From a virus: 64,000 bases of DNA. Shown here in pieces: positions 45,979 through 55,635 of this stretch. Location: the IMG/VR virus record IMGVR_UViG_3300046665_000361, positions 1 through 64,000 of that record. One strand, 5' to 3'. Both the position numbers and the translations under genes were made by a program. The notes under the pieces were generated by a model that did not search any database, was not told the origin of the DNA, and worked only from the letters and a program-made list of their open reading frames with translations. How positions within the stretch are numbered: the stretch's first letter is position 1; every line of letters starts with the position of its first letter.

Positions 45979-48150
45979 ATGGCTATTCTTTATCTTGAAG
46001 ACTGGGATCGCTATCCGACCGCTATTGCTGACTTCGACTCACCGAATCGAAGTTGGGTGACGATGGCACTGAAGTATGAGTTGATGGGTATCAAGAACTG
46101 GTACTTCATGCTTGCACTTCAGAACAAAGCGCTGGTGGGAGTTGATCCATATTCCAAATATTTGACCGATGATCAGAAACAACTGATCTTGATGGAGTGC
46201 TACAGTAACCCGTGGTATTTGTTTCGAGAAGTAATCCGTATTCCGGACGGTGATAACAAAATCATGCTGGAGGCTAACCGGGGTAACATTGCCCTGTTCT
46301 GGTGTGTGCTCAATTCCTTTATTACGTATTTGCAACAGATCCGTCAGACCGGTAAGTCGCTGAACACCCGTATCTTGGTGGTGGCGTTCCACGTCTTCTT
46401 GACCAAAGGTGCGCAACACATCCTCTTCACCAAGGGTGACTTGCGTCGAGATGAGATCAAGTATTACAAGAAGTATCGTAAGTCGCTCCCTGAGTGGATG
46501 TGGCACATGGAGCACGGTGATACGGATAACCAGCTCGAATTCACCACCATGATGAATGGTAACTTCACCTACTCGTACGTTCCTCAGGGCAGTCCTGATG
46601 ACGCGACAGGTGTAGGTCGGGGTAAGACGCCTGACTTCATCAACGTGGACGAACCGCCATTCTTGGCGAACGCTGACATTTCCATCCCTGCATTGATGGC
46701 ATCGACTACCAACTCCTTCGACAAAGCCCGTAAGTACAAGAAGTTCCATGCGATCTTGTACACGACTACGGCCGGTGACTTGTCTACCGATTCCGGTAAA
46801 TACGTCTACGAGAAGATCAAGAAGAAGGCGATGTACTTCAGCGAGATCTTGTTCGATGCGAGGAACCGTGCTGAAGCTGTTGACATCATCATGGCCAATA
46901 GCAAGTGCGAAGACAAGTCGGCGCCATATGTCGATATCTCGTTTAGCCACTTGCAACTTGGTTACGACGATGAATGGCTCCGAGGTAAAATGGCAGTAGC
47001 CAACGGTACGATCGATCAGATGCGTCGAGACTTCTTGGGACAATGGACGTTCGGTAGTTCCCACAACCCTCTGAACGAGAAGTTGTTGAAGCGTATTCGG
47101 GATGCGGTAAATAACCATCCGTATAACGACAAAGACGATCTCAGACAGTATGTTGTCAAGTATCATCTACCGATGGATGAAGTCAAACGCAGATCGTCTA
47201 TTCTTGGTCTCGATACCTCGGAGGCGATCGGCCGAGATGCAATTACAGGCGTGATGATCGATGTGCAGACAGCTGAGGTCTTGGCAACGTTCATGATTGG
47301 GGAAGGCTACATCACCCACTTCTCGCAATGGTTCGCCAACTTCATCGAGAAACATCCGAACATGACGGTGATTGCTGAAGCCAAATCTACATGGCGGTCA
47401 ATCTGTGATGACTTGCTCATCGAGCTGCCTAAGCGCGGTATCGATGCCGGTCGTCGTTTGTACAACCGTGTGGTTGATGATGCTGAAGGTACTGAAGCTG
47501 AACAAAGGACATACCGCGAGTACAAATCCGGTGCTCCGTCTGAACGTAAGTACTTCCCTTTCCGCCGCCTGTTTGGTTTCCCAACCAGTGGCCCGTTGCG
47601 TGAACTGCTGTACGGGAAGATCTTCAAAGAAGCGACGCGTGAGAACCCGACGCTTATCAGAGACAGTAATCTCATTGATGAACTCTCAGGTCTGGTGAAA
47701 ACCCGTGATGAGCGTATTGACCACAAATCGTCAGGGCACGATGACCACGTTATTTCGTGGCTGTTGGCTCAGTGGTTCCTGCGTCAGGGTCGTAACCTTG
47801 AGCATTACGGCATCGACCGCCGCAGTGTTCTTAGTCGCGTCAAAACTGCTGCTATCGAGGAAACTCCTAAACAGCGGATCGCTATGATGAAGCAACAGCG
47901 GCTTGAGATCCAAGTCACTCAGTTGCGTGATCGTCTGTCGTCTGTACAGAGCAGCATCGAACGCAAATATCTGGAATCGAAGATCAAGTCGATCGAATCG
48001 GAACTGGATATCGATGATGTATCGGATATCGGCTCTGTCGATAACCGTTCTGAGGCAGCGCGAGAAAGTCGGAGAGCTTCCCGCCAGTCTCCAACCAACT
48101 CGTACACCAACTATCGGTTTGCTCCGTTCAAGTATCGCAAAGCGGCATAA
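45979..48150 (+). CDS. terL: Terminase large subunit (phiKZ gp25-like)
   Basis: Walker A IRQTGKS, GRGKT, Walker B INVDEPPF, motif III YTTTAG, nuclease LGLDTS and GHDDHVIS. Confidence 0.93.
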   Translation: MAILYLEDWDRYPTAIADFDSPNRSWVTMALKYELMGIKNWYFMLALQNKALVGVDPYSKYLTDDQKQLILMECYSNPWYLFREVIRIPDGDNKIMLEANRGNIALFWCVLNSFITYLQQIRQTGKSLNTRILVVAFHVFLTKGAQHILFTKGDLRRDEIKYYKKYRKSLPEWMWHMEHGDTDNQLEFTTMMNGNFTYSYVPQGSPDDATGVGRGKTPDFINVDEPPFLANADISIPALMASTTNSFDKARKYKKFHAILYTTTAGDLSTDSGKYVYEKIKKKAMYFSEILFDARNRAEAVDIIMANSKCEDKSAPYVDISFSHLQLGYDDEWLRGKMAVANGTIDQMRRDFLGQWTFGSSHNPLNEKLLKRIRDAVNNHPYNDKDDLRQYVVKYHLPMDEVKRRSSILGLDTSEAIGRDAITGVMIDVQTAEVLATFMIGEGYITHFSQWFANFIEKHPNMTVIAEAKSTWRSICDDLLIELPKRGIDAGRRLYNRVVDDAEGTEAEQRTYREYKSGAPSERKYFPFRRLFGFPTSGPLRELLYGKIFKEATRENPTLIRDSNLIDELSGLVKTRDERIDHKSSGHDDHVISWLLAQWFLRQGRNLEHYGIDRRSVLSRVKTAAIEETPKQRIAMMKQQRLEIQVTQLRDRLSSVQSSIERKYLESKIKSIESELDIDDVSDIGSVDNRSEAARESRRASRQSPTNSYTNYRFAPFKYRKAA

Positions 48151-48154
48151 GCGA

Positions 48155-48184
48155 CATACAGCGGGGCGAAAGCCCCGCTGTATG
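48155..48184. terminator. Bidirectional hairpin, identical to 13664-13693
   Basis: CATACAGCGGGGC-GAAA-GCCCCGCTGTATG between convergent genes. Confidence 0.75.
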
Positions 48185-48187
48185 CTG

Positions 48188-49429
48188 TCAGACTGCGCCT
48201 ACTCGATTACCGCCGCGGTAATGCTGCATCGTAAACGCTCTGAGTAGAACGTAAAGCAATACAGCGTTTCGGATAGCTGGGATCAGGACCTTGTTCTTTG
48301 ACCGTACCGCTACTACTGCGATCTCTTCAGTGAGTTCCCTCATCTCAAGGATCATTTCGTTGCTGGTTCGGCTGGCCTGGTACAACGACTTCATCTTCCG
48401 AAGCAATCCAGGGATGTCGCTTGACGATGCCATGGTGCTTGGATTACGGCTGATGTAATCGAAAGCATGCTGGATGACAAGCTCGCAGATGCGCTGTACG
48501 CGCTTGTCGGCCTTAGGCGAGGCGTTGTTACTCATGTACGCCAAAGTCTTCACCAGCGCGCTCTTAGGCAGTGTGTTGATCGTTCTGAGGATAACGTTGA
48601 CCAGTTCGGGAACAATGAAGTTGTTCTGGTCGTAAATGATCTCCAGAATGTAGCGCATGTACGTACTGACCATGCGAGATCTGTCGCGCAGTTTGAGTTC
48701 ACCGTCGAGTTCGATGGTTGCGCTATTGTTCCTGATCTGCATCTCAGGAGAGTTCTGCACCACGGTAAACATGTCACGAATGTTCTTGACGATGTCCTTG
48801 ATGCGCCCCTGGGTATCGTTGGCTATCTTGTCGATATCGTGGTCGAAGGTGATCAGGTGTTTATACCAGAGCGTACCTTTACCTACGATATCTTCAGCGC
48901 GGTTCTTGAGCAGATCGCCCCAGTTACCGTGGATCTTGAGGCCAAACCGTTTTGTCAGCGCCGCGTAGGTGGCCTGAGCCACAATCGGATCGGCAGCATA
49001 GTGGAACATGTTGGCCAAAATGGAGGTGATGTACTTGTACTGGAGGACCAACGCTACTGCAAATGCCCCATCGTGCTTGGCCTGATCGTTGAGTTTGTCA
49101 GACGTCAGAAACTTATGGATCATCCAGAGGCAGGCAAGGTTCATTGTGTCGCTGGATACGTGACGATGCGTCACCACTTCCGGCAGCGCATGGAGATCAT
49201 CCTCGAGAGCATCCTCATCGACGTCCATGATCTCTTCAAACCAGCGGTTGCGGTCTTCGTCTTTAAAACGTACAGCGTCCACTCCTAACAAGTTACCGCC
49301 AAAGAAAGAGATATGGGCTTCGTTCTTATTGACGAACTTCTGTTCATACGTCTGGACCTTACGGAGCAATACCTGGTCAAATACCAGGTGCTCGCAATGG
49401 TGTCCGAACACCTCTTTGATATTCTTCAT
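48188..49429 (-). CDS. Virion structural protein (phiKZ gp32-like)
   Basis: 413 aa; HISFFGGNLLGV..VRF, VSSD.MNL, AQATYA.L..RF.LK..G.W motifs. Confidence 0.72.
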   Translation of the reverse strand: MKNIKEVFGHHCEHLVFDQVLLRKVQTYEQKFVNKNEAHISFFGGNLLGVDAVRFKDEDRNRWFEEIMDVDEDALEDDLHALPEVVTHRHVSSDTMNLACLWMIHKFLTSDKLNDQAKHDGAFAVALVLQYKYITSILANMFHYAADPIVAQATYAALTKRFGLKIHGNWGDLLKNRAEDIVGKGTLWYKHLITFDHDIDKIANDTQGRIKDIVKNIRDMFTVVQNSPEMQIRNNSATIELDGELKLRDRSRMVSTYMRYILEIIYDQNNFIVPELVNVILRTINTLPKSALVKTLAYMSNNASPKADKRVQRICELVIQHAFDYISRNPSTMASSSDIPGLLRKMKSLYQASRTSNEMILEMRELTEEIAVVAVRSKNKVLIPAIRNAVLLYVLLRAFTMQHYRGGNRVGAV

Positions 49430-49473
49430 GTAGAATCTGCCGTATGGTGCGCCTAAGTCATATCAATCGAATC

Positions 49474-49490
49474 TTTTAAGATCGTACATT
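49474..49490 (+). promoter_or_regulatory. Degenerate early-promoter motif
   Basis: TTTTAAGATCGTACATT at the head of an accessory operon; same spacing as TTTTACAGTCATACATT. Confidence 0.45.
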
Positions 49491-49529
49491 CTATCTATGA
49501 CACAACGTTATCCTGGGGAGGAAAACATC

Positions 49530-49730
49530 ATGGGCAATGCAACTGCTAACGAAAGTCAAGTAGGGTATATCCATCATTTGCACCATGCGGATGACTTGGA
49601 TTGTGACAATGATTCGTGTCGATCCAAAGCAACAGTCCGGCTTACTGAAAAATCAGGACTCGGTGTTAGCTACGGCTATTACTGCAAAGCCTGCCTACCG
49701 GATATTCCAATGCCTGCAAAGGCGTCATAA
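49530..49730 (+). CDS. Small Cys/His-rich putative zinc-binding protein (66 aa)
   Basis: GGAGG SD gives ATG 49530; HHLHH, C-x4-C and CKAC. Confidence 0.7.
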   Translation: MGNATANESQVGYIHHLHHADDLDCDNDSCRSKATVRLTEKSGLGVSYGYYCKACLPDIPMPAKAS

Positions 49731-49784
49731 CCAAGACGGGACTCTCGGGTCCCGCCTCTATGCTGTAACCATTAGGAGAAGTAG

Positions 49785-50624
49785 ATGTCTCTGCAAGTAG
49801 CGCGTTCTCGTAGTCTGGAACCACTGTATGTGCATCAAGCTTTTGCTGTACTCTTTCCTGAACATAAAGTGCCTACTTATCCAGAAGTTGATATCGACCC
49901 AGTTCTGCTGGCCGAAGTCTTCGCTGAGGAAGAAGTGCGTTTCCAGAAGGGTGTTATTCCAGTGATGGGGCAAAACATGCAAACTGAAACAAAGAAAGCA
50001 AGTCTGGACGAGCTGGTGGAACTCGGTCTGTTGACCGCCAATCCGCTGCTGCCATTCGGCGAACCAGCTCCACCAGTCGATATGTCTGTAAATGCTGCGG
50101 TATTCAGCATGACTGTCGACGGTGTATCTCCGGCGCGGATTGCTAAAACACCAATGCCTGAGTTAGGCAATATTCCCACAAGCCTGTACTTCCTTGGCTG
50201 GCGTGCGCCTAAACCGATGACTGAACCCCAGGTCTTTCATCGGCTGCCCGCTGAGCTGAAGGATGCTATCACCCCAAACTCCGAATACCACGAAGAGTTT
50301 GAGCGGCGGTCCTACGACATCTCTGTTGAACAGGCTGCTGCAAACCGTGCTGTTGATCGCCGTATCTTTGATCACGCTACACGCGAGTGGCTGGCAATGA
50401 TCAATGAGATGGATGCAGTCAATGTTGAGCTTGAGGTCATGTCAGGCAATGGCATCAAGATGGCCAGCAATATCGGCGGTATCCTTTACGTCGAAGGTCT
50501 GATGAATGCGGTGGCCAACGAGCTTGAGCGGCTCGGTTACCGCGTGTCTTACGAAGTCGATACAAACACTCTGCTGCTCGATCTGAAGAGCGGTACGTTC
50601 CACTGGGGTGTGCAGGGCGAATAA
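49785..50624 (+). CDS. Hypothetical protein
   Basis: 279 aa, AGGAG SD, hairpins on both sides. Confidence 0.8.
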   Translation: MSLQVARSRSLEPLYVHQAFAVLFPEHKVPTYPEVDIDPVLLAEVFAEEEVRFQKGVIPVMGQNMQTETKKASLDELVELGLLTANPLLPFGEPAPPVDMSVNAAVFSMTVDGVSPARIAKTPMPELGNIPTSLYFLGWRAPKPMTEPQVFHRLPAELKDAITPNSEYHEEFERRSYDISVEQAAANRAVDRRIFDHATREWLAMINEMDAVNVELEVMSGNGIKMASNIGGILYVEGLMNAVANELERLGYRVSYEVDTNTLLLDLKSGTFHWGVQGE

Positions 50625-50626
50625 TT

Positions 50627-50656
50627 GCATAGCGGGGCGTGAGCCCCGCTGTATGC
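50627..50656 (+). terminator. Hairpin of the CATA...TATG family
   Basis: GCATAGCGGGGC-GTGA-GCCCCGCTGTATGC, a near copy of 13664 and 48155. Confidence 0.7.
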
Positions 50657-50680
50657 GTTCTAATAAGTAAGGAGTAGTAC

Positions 50681-51046
50681 ATGAGCAAGACAAGAATGCT
50701 GTTTCCTCGTAACCTGACCGAAGATCGTGTCAGAACACCTGATCAATTGCTGGCTCGTATTCATGAGCAGTTGAATCCTGAGGAGATGAAGCGTTTCAAA
50801 CTCTTCGCTGGTTATTTCCACCGTGATCGTTTCTACGTACCCGAGATCGTCGCAGAACGATGGGTAGAAGAAGCTCACAGCGCCATCCCTACTCTTTCCC
50901 CCGGTGACCTGCGTTATGTCGTGTCTGTGCTCAACGGATACGTCAGCTGGCGTCAGATGCACGCTCGTCGCTGTACTTCCAACATGATGCTTACCAAGAT
51001 GGGCAAAACTGTTCGGGCAAAGGCTCCAACTGAAGAAACTGCCTGA
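50681..51046 (+). CDS. Hypothetical protein
   Basis: 121 aa, TAAGGAG SD. Confidence 0.8.
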   Translation: MSKTRMLFPRNLTEDRVRTPDQLLARIHEQLNPEEMKRFKLFAGYFHRDRFYVPEIVAERWVEEAHSAIPTLSPGDLRYVVSVLNGYVSWRQMHARRCTSNMMLTKMGKTVRAKAPTEETA

Positions 51047-51067
51047 TACCTACATTGAGGAGTCCGT

Positions 51068-51505
51068 ATGAACGCCGAAGAGTTGCACCAATACACTACC
51101 CATTGCCATGACTTGGTGTGTGACTTCAGCGCCGATGGTTGCGTACTCGGTGACAAGATTGCCACCCTTCTGGAATATGCTGCCACTCATTCAGCATTTA
51201 CCTTGATCGTTGCAATCATCGCAGTTATCGATCAGAGCAAGCACCAGTCGGCATTTGAAGACAAGGGTGATGAGGGCCAGTACATCCATCTTCCTAATGG
51301 GAAGAAGTTCTGGCGGGAAGTCAACACCGATATCGATCCTGAAGCTCCTGAAGACGAACGGTGGTTGTATTACAGTTCTGGCTTTAGCCGTCCTGGCAGC
51401 TCCTATCTCTGCGATGATATCGTTCGAGAACTGGATAGTCTGGTTAATGATTGTGATATCAATCTAAACTTACCCGCATTCTGGGACTACGGTCACGAAG
51501 AGTGA
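51068..51505 (+). CDS. Hypothetical protein
   Basis: 145 aa, GAGGAG SD, followed by a terminator. Confidence 0.8.
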   Translation: MNAEELHQYTTHCHDLVCDFSADGCVLGDKIATLLEYAATHSAFTLIVAIIAVIDQSKHQSAFEDKGDEGQYIHLPNGKKFWREVNTDIDPEAPEDERWLYYSSGFSRPGSSYLCDDIVRELDSLVNDCDINLNLPAFWDYGHEE

Positions 51506-51512
51506 CGGTACT

Positions 51513-51552
51513 GGACAGTCCTTCGGGGCTGTCCTTTCACCTTTTTTCTTTT
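51513..51552 (+). terminator. Intrinsic terminator
   Basis: GGACAGTCC-TTCG-GGGCTGTCC then TTTCACCTTTTTTCTTTT. Confidence 0.75.
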
Positions 51553-51960
51553 GTTCGTAAATGAGTACGATCTATTCCCTTATTGTATGTTCCACTCTGT
51601 TTCCATCTTGAGAAAGGGGAAGAAGGGGTGGAGTTTGTGAAACAAACTCCGGGGTAGTTGGGGATAGAGTAAGATACAATCCGAAAGAAACGAGTGTAAC
51701 GATGATTCTGAGGATTAACTATTGGCGACGTTAGTCGCCTAGAGATGTAAAATTTCACAGAAATGACAAATGATACCTTAATATCAAATATACCTAAAAT
51801 AATCAATAGATATCAAGGGAATAATCCCCTAATAACAGGATAGGCTTTTAGGGCCTATCCTGGCTGTATACTCCCTATGCTGCTAGCAGCATCCAATGGG
51901 AGTCCTGTTTATAACTGTTATATATCTACTTCACGGTAAATGATCTGACCTAATTGACTT
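51553..51960. other. Long non-coding, AT-rich, hairpin-containing region (candidate origin, packaging signal or ncRNA locus)
   Basis: No credible ORF; purine-skewed tract, A-rich tract and four inverted repeats (see findings). Confidence 0.5.
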
Positions 51961-51971
51961 GGAGATCCAAA

Positions 51972-52466
51972 ATGTCTACCGAAGATAACGATAGCGCAAA
52001 GATCAAGGAGCTCGCTGAGAGCTCACCGCACAGCGCCATGGAGCCCGATGCTAAGCCCGTTGGTAGTGTGATGATCGAACTACCGTATAACCAACCCTTC
52101 GATACTGAAGTGGTCGGGCTGGTATCCAGCCTGGAATCCAGAGGGTGGACAGTACTCCATCGCTGGAAGAGCCTCCTGTCTACTGAAGACAGTAGCGACG
52201 GTATGCTGACAGGCAAACCTGTCATTGACAACAGTCAGGCTGTCAACAACGTGATCAACGGCGTAAGCCTACCTCTGATCGATGAGACCTCGACCTACAA
52301 GGTCGTTCGCATCATCCGTCCTGAGGATCGACTGGAAGGTGGTGATTCGGGTATCTTCTACCTGATGAACGGTAATGGGGATGTGAAGGAATACCTCGAG
52401 AACGAGGGGTTCCTGATCATGGACGATGAGCAGAAGCTGCACCATGCTCTCGTACAAGGGACATAA
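51972..52466 (+). CDS. Acidic hypothetical protein (164 aa)
   Basis: GGAG SD gives ATG 51972 (MSTEDNDS...). Confidence 0.75.
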   Translation: MSTEDNDSAKIKELAESSPHSAMEPDAKPVGSVMIELPYNQPFDTEVVGLVSSLESRGWTVLHRWKSLLSTEDSSDGMLTGKPVIDNSQAVNNVINGVSLPLIDETSTYKVVRIIRPEDRLEGGDSGIFYLMNGNGDVKEYLENEGFLIMDDEQKLHHALVQGT

Positions 52467-52530
52467 AGACCGACCGGGGCAAGCCCGATCGATCCAATGA
52501 TTCTTTGGTAATACATTACCCTCATGAAAG

Positions 52531-53364
52531 TCAGTACCTTGGCTTAGCACCCAGGTTGAGTTTCAAGATCTTGCGATACTGTTCTGTATTGTTCATGGTG
52601 GTGATCTTCTTCCACCGCGTCGTCAGAAAGTCCCAGTACAACTGGCCAGCATCTGCATACGAATCGACAATCTCACGAATCCGACCCAACGTCGAACCAC
52701 CCCTGATTTGACCTTCGTCAAGTTCGATGATCAGGATGTTGTAGATGTAGGCCTTACAGGCGAGCGCTACCATTTCAGCAAACTTGTGGTAGTACGCCGG
52801 TTTCAGGTCATTGAAGTTGGGTTCGTGAGTCAACGTACACCGGATAGCGGCATTGCCGACAATCTGAGTGATATCGTTGACCAGGATAGTATTGACACCT
52901 ACCAGCTGTACGTAGGACGTACCCATCTGGGTAGTGCCTGCTGTAGCACGTAGAATGTCACGACCAACCTGTAGCATCTGAGAGCCACGCGAATCGTAAC
53001 CCGTAGTCTGACCGGAATATCCAGGTTGCATGCCGTAGATGAGCTCATGGACGGTTACAATGCGTCTTCCGCCCAGCTCGTCACGGTTGAACCGATAAAC
53101 GATGTTCCATTGGTCTACATATTCCCGTGCGGCCATCGCTAGTGGCAGAAACATCTCAGTACCGCCACACAGGTTGGCATCGATCGCAACACGTCCTTCG
53201 ACTACCAGCTGACGAATCTGGTGATCGATTGAGGTGGAGGTCACGTTGTCAAAATAGCGGTCTTGCCTTGTAGGGTCGTAGCGCTTTGGAAGGAAGGCTT
53301 GTTTCAGAATATCAATGGGGATATCCGCTTTACATTTGAGAATAGCAACAGAAATCGGGTCCAT
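52531..53364 (-). CDS. Conserved virion/core protein (phiKZ gp42-like)
   Basis: Start placed at ATG 53364 (MDPISVAI..IP..IL..AF); LACKAYIYN..II.LD.G.I.GG..LG.I.EIV..YADA motif; divergent from phuZ. Confidence 0.65.
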   Translation of the reverse strand: MDPISVAILKCKADIPIDILKQAFLPKRYDPTRQDRYFDNVTSTSIDHQIRQLVVEGRVAIDANLCGGTEMFLPLAMAAREYVDQWNIVYRFNRDELGGRRIVTVHELIYGMQPGYSGQTTGYDSRGSQMLQVGRDILRATAGTTQMGTSYVQLVGVNTILVNDITQIVGNAAIRCTLTHEPNFNDLKPAYYHKFAEMVALACKAYIYNILIIELDEGQIRGGSTLGRIREIVDSYADAGQLYWDFLTTRWKKITTMNNTEQYRKILKLNLGAKPRY

Positions 53365-53434
53365 GGGTCTAACCACCCTGCAATTTAGATGAATCATACC
53401 ACTGTGAATATTCACGTAAACCAGGAGTCACACC

Positions 53435-54418
53435 TTGAACGATCTCATTACTGCAAAAGCAAGCACCATCCGTTTCTGGAATTTCGGTGGTACTGCCATT
53501 AACTTGGCGCGCAGCTATCGTCACGATCAACCTGCCAATCCAATCCAGCAGGCAGAAGAGCTGTTCACTTACGTGGATACCAGCTTCTCCAACCTGGCAG
53601 GGGCTGCTGATGACGACCTGTTCGTGATCAACGGCGGTAAGGGTCTTGGCAAGGATCAGAAGAAAGGTATCGAGATCTTCAAGAAAGAACTGCCAAACAT
53701 CATGGCCAAGAACAAGCCTGGCGTGATCAACGTAGTTGTTCTTGGCATCTCCGGCGGTACTGGTTCGACTGGCGGCCGGATGTGCATCGAGAAACTGCTC
53801 GAGGCCGGTGAGGATGTGTTTGCTATTCTGATCTCGTCTCACGATTCCGACCGCAGCACGGCCAACGCCATCGGTTGTGTTATCAATCTGGAAAAGGCCG
53901 TCAAGCGTACTGGCCGCCCGCTCGTGGCTTATTACTACGAGAACGACCGTACGCTCTCGCTGCCGAAGAACAACACTGCTCCGCTGTTCGTCATGCGTCT
54001 GCTGAGCATCCTGGCCAGCGGCAAGAACCTGCATCTGGACATCAGCGATGTCAGCAACCTCATCAACTACAACCGGGTTACCAAGTACGATCCCGCACTG
54101 TCGTTGCTGGAAGTGTACGCCGGTGAAGAGATGTTGTTGAAGAACAGCAAGAACCTCATCGGCTTTGCGGCGCTTCTGAAGTCGAAAGAAGAAGTCATGC
54201 CGCAGGTCAAGGCCGCTTACGATACTGTAGGTTACCTGCCTGAAGAAGGCCGTGTGTTTGACAACTCGTTCTACTACACGGTCAGCACCACTGGCTTTGG
54301 CAAGATTCTCGAGAAACTGCGTGGCGATCTCGAGGAATACACCCGAGGCAATCAAGGCTCGGAAACAGTCGCTACGCTGTTGACTGGCGAAGAGGATGAG
54401 GAAGATACCGTCCTGTAA
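53435..54418 (+). CDS. phuZ: PhuZ phage tubulin
   Basis: FGGTAIN, YVDTS..N, G.GLGK, tubulin signature SGGTGSTGG, LDISDV.N, acidic C-terminal tail; TTG start with AGGAG SD. Confidence 0.92.
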   Translation: MNDLITAKASTIRFWNFGGTAINLARSYRHDQPANPIQQAEELFTYVDTSFSNLAGAADDDLFVINGGKGLGKDQKKGIEIFKKELPNIMAKNKPGVINVVVLGISGGTGSTGGRMCIEKLLEAGEDVFAILISSHDSDRSTANAIGCVINLEKAVKRTGRPLVAYYYENDRTLSLPKNNTAPLFVMRLLSILASGKNLHLDISDVSNLINYNRVTKYDPALSLLEVYAGEEMLLKNSKNLIGFAALLKSKEEVMPQVKAAYDTVGYLPEEGRVFDNSFYYTVSTTGFGKILEKLRGDLEEYTRGNQGSETVATLLTGEEDEEDTVL

Positions 54419-54432
54419 TCCTCAATAACGTG

Positions 54433-54460
54433 CAGGCGGGGGAAACCTCGCCTGTATGCC
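54433..54460 (+). terminator. Hairpin + TATGCC after phuZ
   Basis: CAGGCGGGG-GAAA-CCTCGCCTG-TATGCC. Confidence 0.65.
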
Positions 54461-54495
54461 CTTAACTGAAATACCTACACCGTTGGAGAAACACC

Positions 54496-54714
54496 ATGAG
54501 CTTCTGTATGATGTTCGCATGTAGTCAGTGCGACAACCTGGATTCTATCCGGGCTACCGAACAGGATGGCGGTAATGATTACCGTTGTCACCGCTGTATC
54601 AAAGGTTACTGGCACATGTACTTCGCTGAGGAGAAGTACGACCCGTACGAGCACGAAGTCATCAACCGACCCAATACTGAATACAAGGGATGGGGCGCTC
54701 CGTCATTCGGATAG
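54496..54714 (+). CDS. Small zinc-ribbon protein
   Basis: 72 aa, GGAG SD; CSQC...CHRC..GYWH..F. Confidence 0.75.
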   Translation: MSFCMMFACSQCDNLDSIRATEQDGGNDYRCHRCIKGYWHMYFAEEKYDPYEHEVINRPNTEYKGWGAPSFG

Positions 54715-54745
54715 ACGGTAGATTACATTAGGCGCAGTTCGATAT

Positions 54746-54785
54746 TGGGAGGAGTTGTTTCCTCCCATGATGCCTGCTTCTTTTT
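54746..54785 (+). terminator. Hairpin terminator with displaced U-tract
   Basis: TGGGAGGA-GTTGTT-TCCTCCCA, 13-nt spacer ending in TTC, then T5. Confidence 0.6.
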
Positions 54786-54841
54786 GTGAAATACATCTTT
54801 ACTAAGTCTACCAATCATGTACTTACGTCAGGAGGTGTTCC

Positions 54842-55198
54842 ATGAGTGAGCCTTACGTGATCGTCGATATTTCAGATACATTGAAGTCTCTGAACAGTCG
54901 CGGTGAAGAGATCGACCTGGCCGTTATGGAATCGTGGTACGCCAGAATCTATAGCAAGCATCATTGCCTGCAAGCTATCGGCTGTCGTGATTTCAAAGGT
55001 AAGGAACTGGGTTTGATGAGTGAGCGCCTGCGATTGACCATCCTCGCCAAACGGCTGGGTATCGATCCTGCTGCGGACTTACCACCACCTTGTCGTATCT
55101 GGCAACAGGAAGGCGTGTGGTTCCTGATCAAAGATCGTTCTATGTTGATGGGGACAGGCCGTGGAATTGAAAAATGCTGGAGACAGCTGTATCCTTGA
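54842..55198 (+). CDS. Hypothetical protein (cluster gene 1)
   Basis: 118 aa, AGGAGGT SD. Confidence 0.8.
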   Translation: MSEPYVIVDISDTLKSLNSRGEEIDLAVMESWYARIYSKHHCLQAIGCRDFKGKELGLMSERLRLTILAKRLGIDPAADLPPPCRIWQQEGVWFLIKDRSMLMGTGRGIEKCWRQLYP

Positions 55199-55610
55199 TT
55201 TTTCAGAGATAGCTGGATATGTGTTTGGGTCGATGGTTCGGTATGATGACACGTTGAATCGCAACGATCGGCGGCGGATTACAAAGATCATCGAAGACAT
55301 GATCAATGATTACATCGATCGTAATCTGATCTGGGCACGGTACAACATCAGCCGAGATCTGGAGTCGGACGTAAAACGGTTCTGGCCCATTATCAAACCT
55401 CATCCGAATCCAAAGCCTGTGATGGCTGAACTTAATGACATGATTGCTGACCTGTTCGCAGATGTCCTTGAGATACCTACCTGGAGGTTGGTTTATCTGC
55501 AATTCTACGGTACTTCTGTAGAAGTAGAGCTCGGCGAAGATTTCAGAATCAAAGACTGGATGGAAAAGTTCGGGGCGGACTTCAACTCCAAACCACCGTC
55601 TATCATCTAA
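55161..55610 (+). CDS. Hypothetical protein (cluster gene 2)
   Basis: 149 aa, GTG start overlapping gene 1; L.WA.Y, IPTW and GEDFRI.DW motifs recalled from phiKZ-like core genes. Confidence 0.75.
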   Translation: MELKNAGDSCILDFSEIAGYVFGSMVRYDDTLNRNDRRRITKIIEDMINDYIDRNLIWARYNISRDLESDVKRFWPIIKPHPNPKPVMAELNDMIADLFADVLEIPTWRLVYLQFYGTSVEVELGEDFRIKDWMEKFGADFNSKPPSII

Positions 55611-55635
55611 TCCCTCTAGCTTAACAAGGTGCATC

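Noticed and set aside
13664-48184. Identical 30-bp hairpins as mobile-element ends or att sites
   Set aside because: No transposase, integrase or target duplication; both sit at convergent gene junctions and degenerate copies occur at other gene ends.
51537-51806. 89-aa minus-strand ORF in the AT-rich locus
   Set aside because: Non-ATG start, no SD, codon usage unlike the phage genes; better explained as non-coding.
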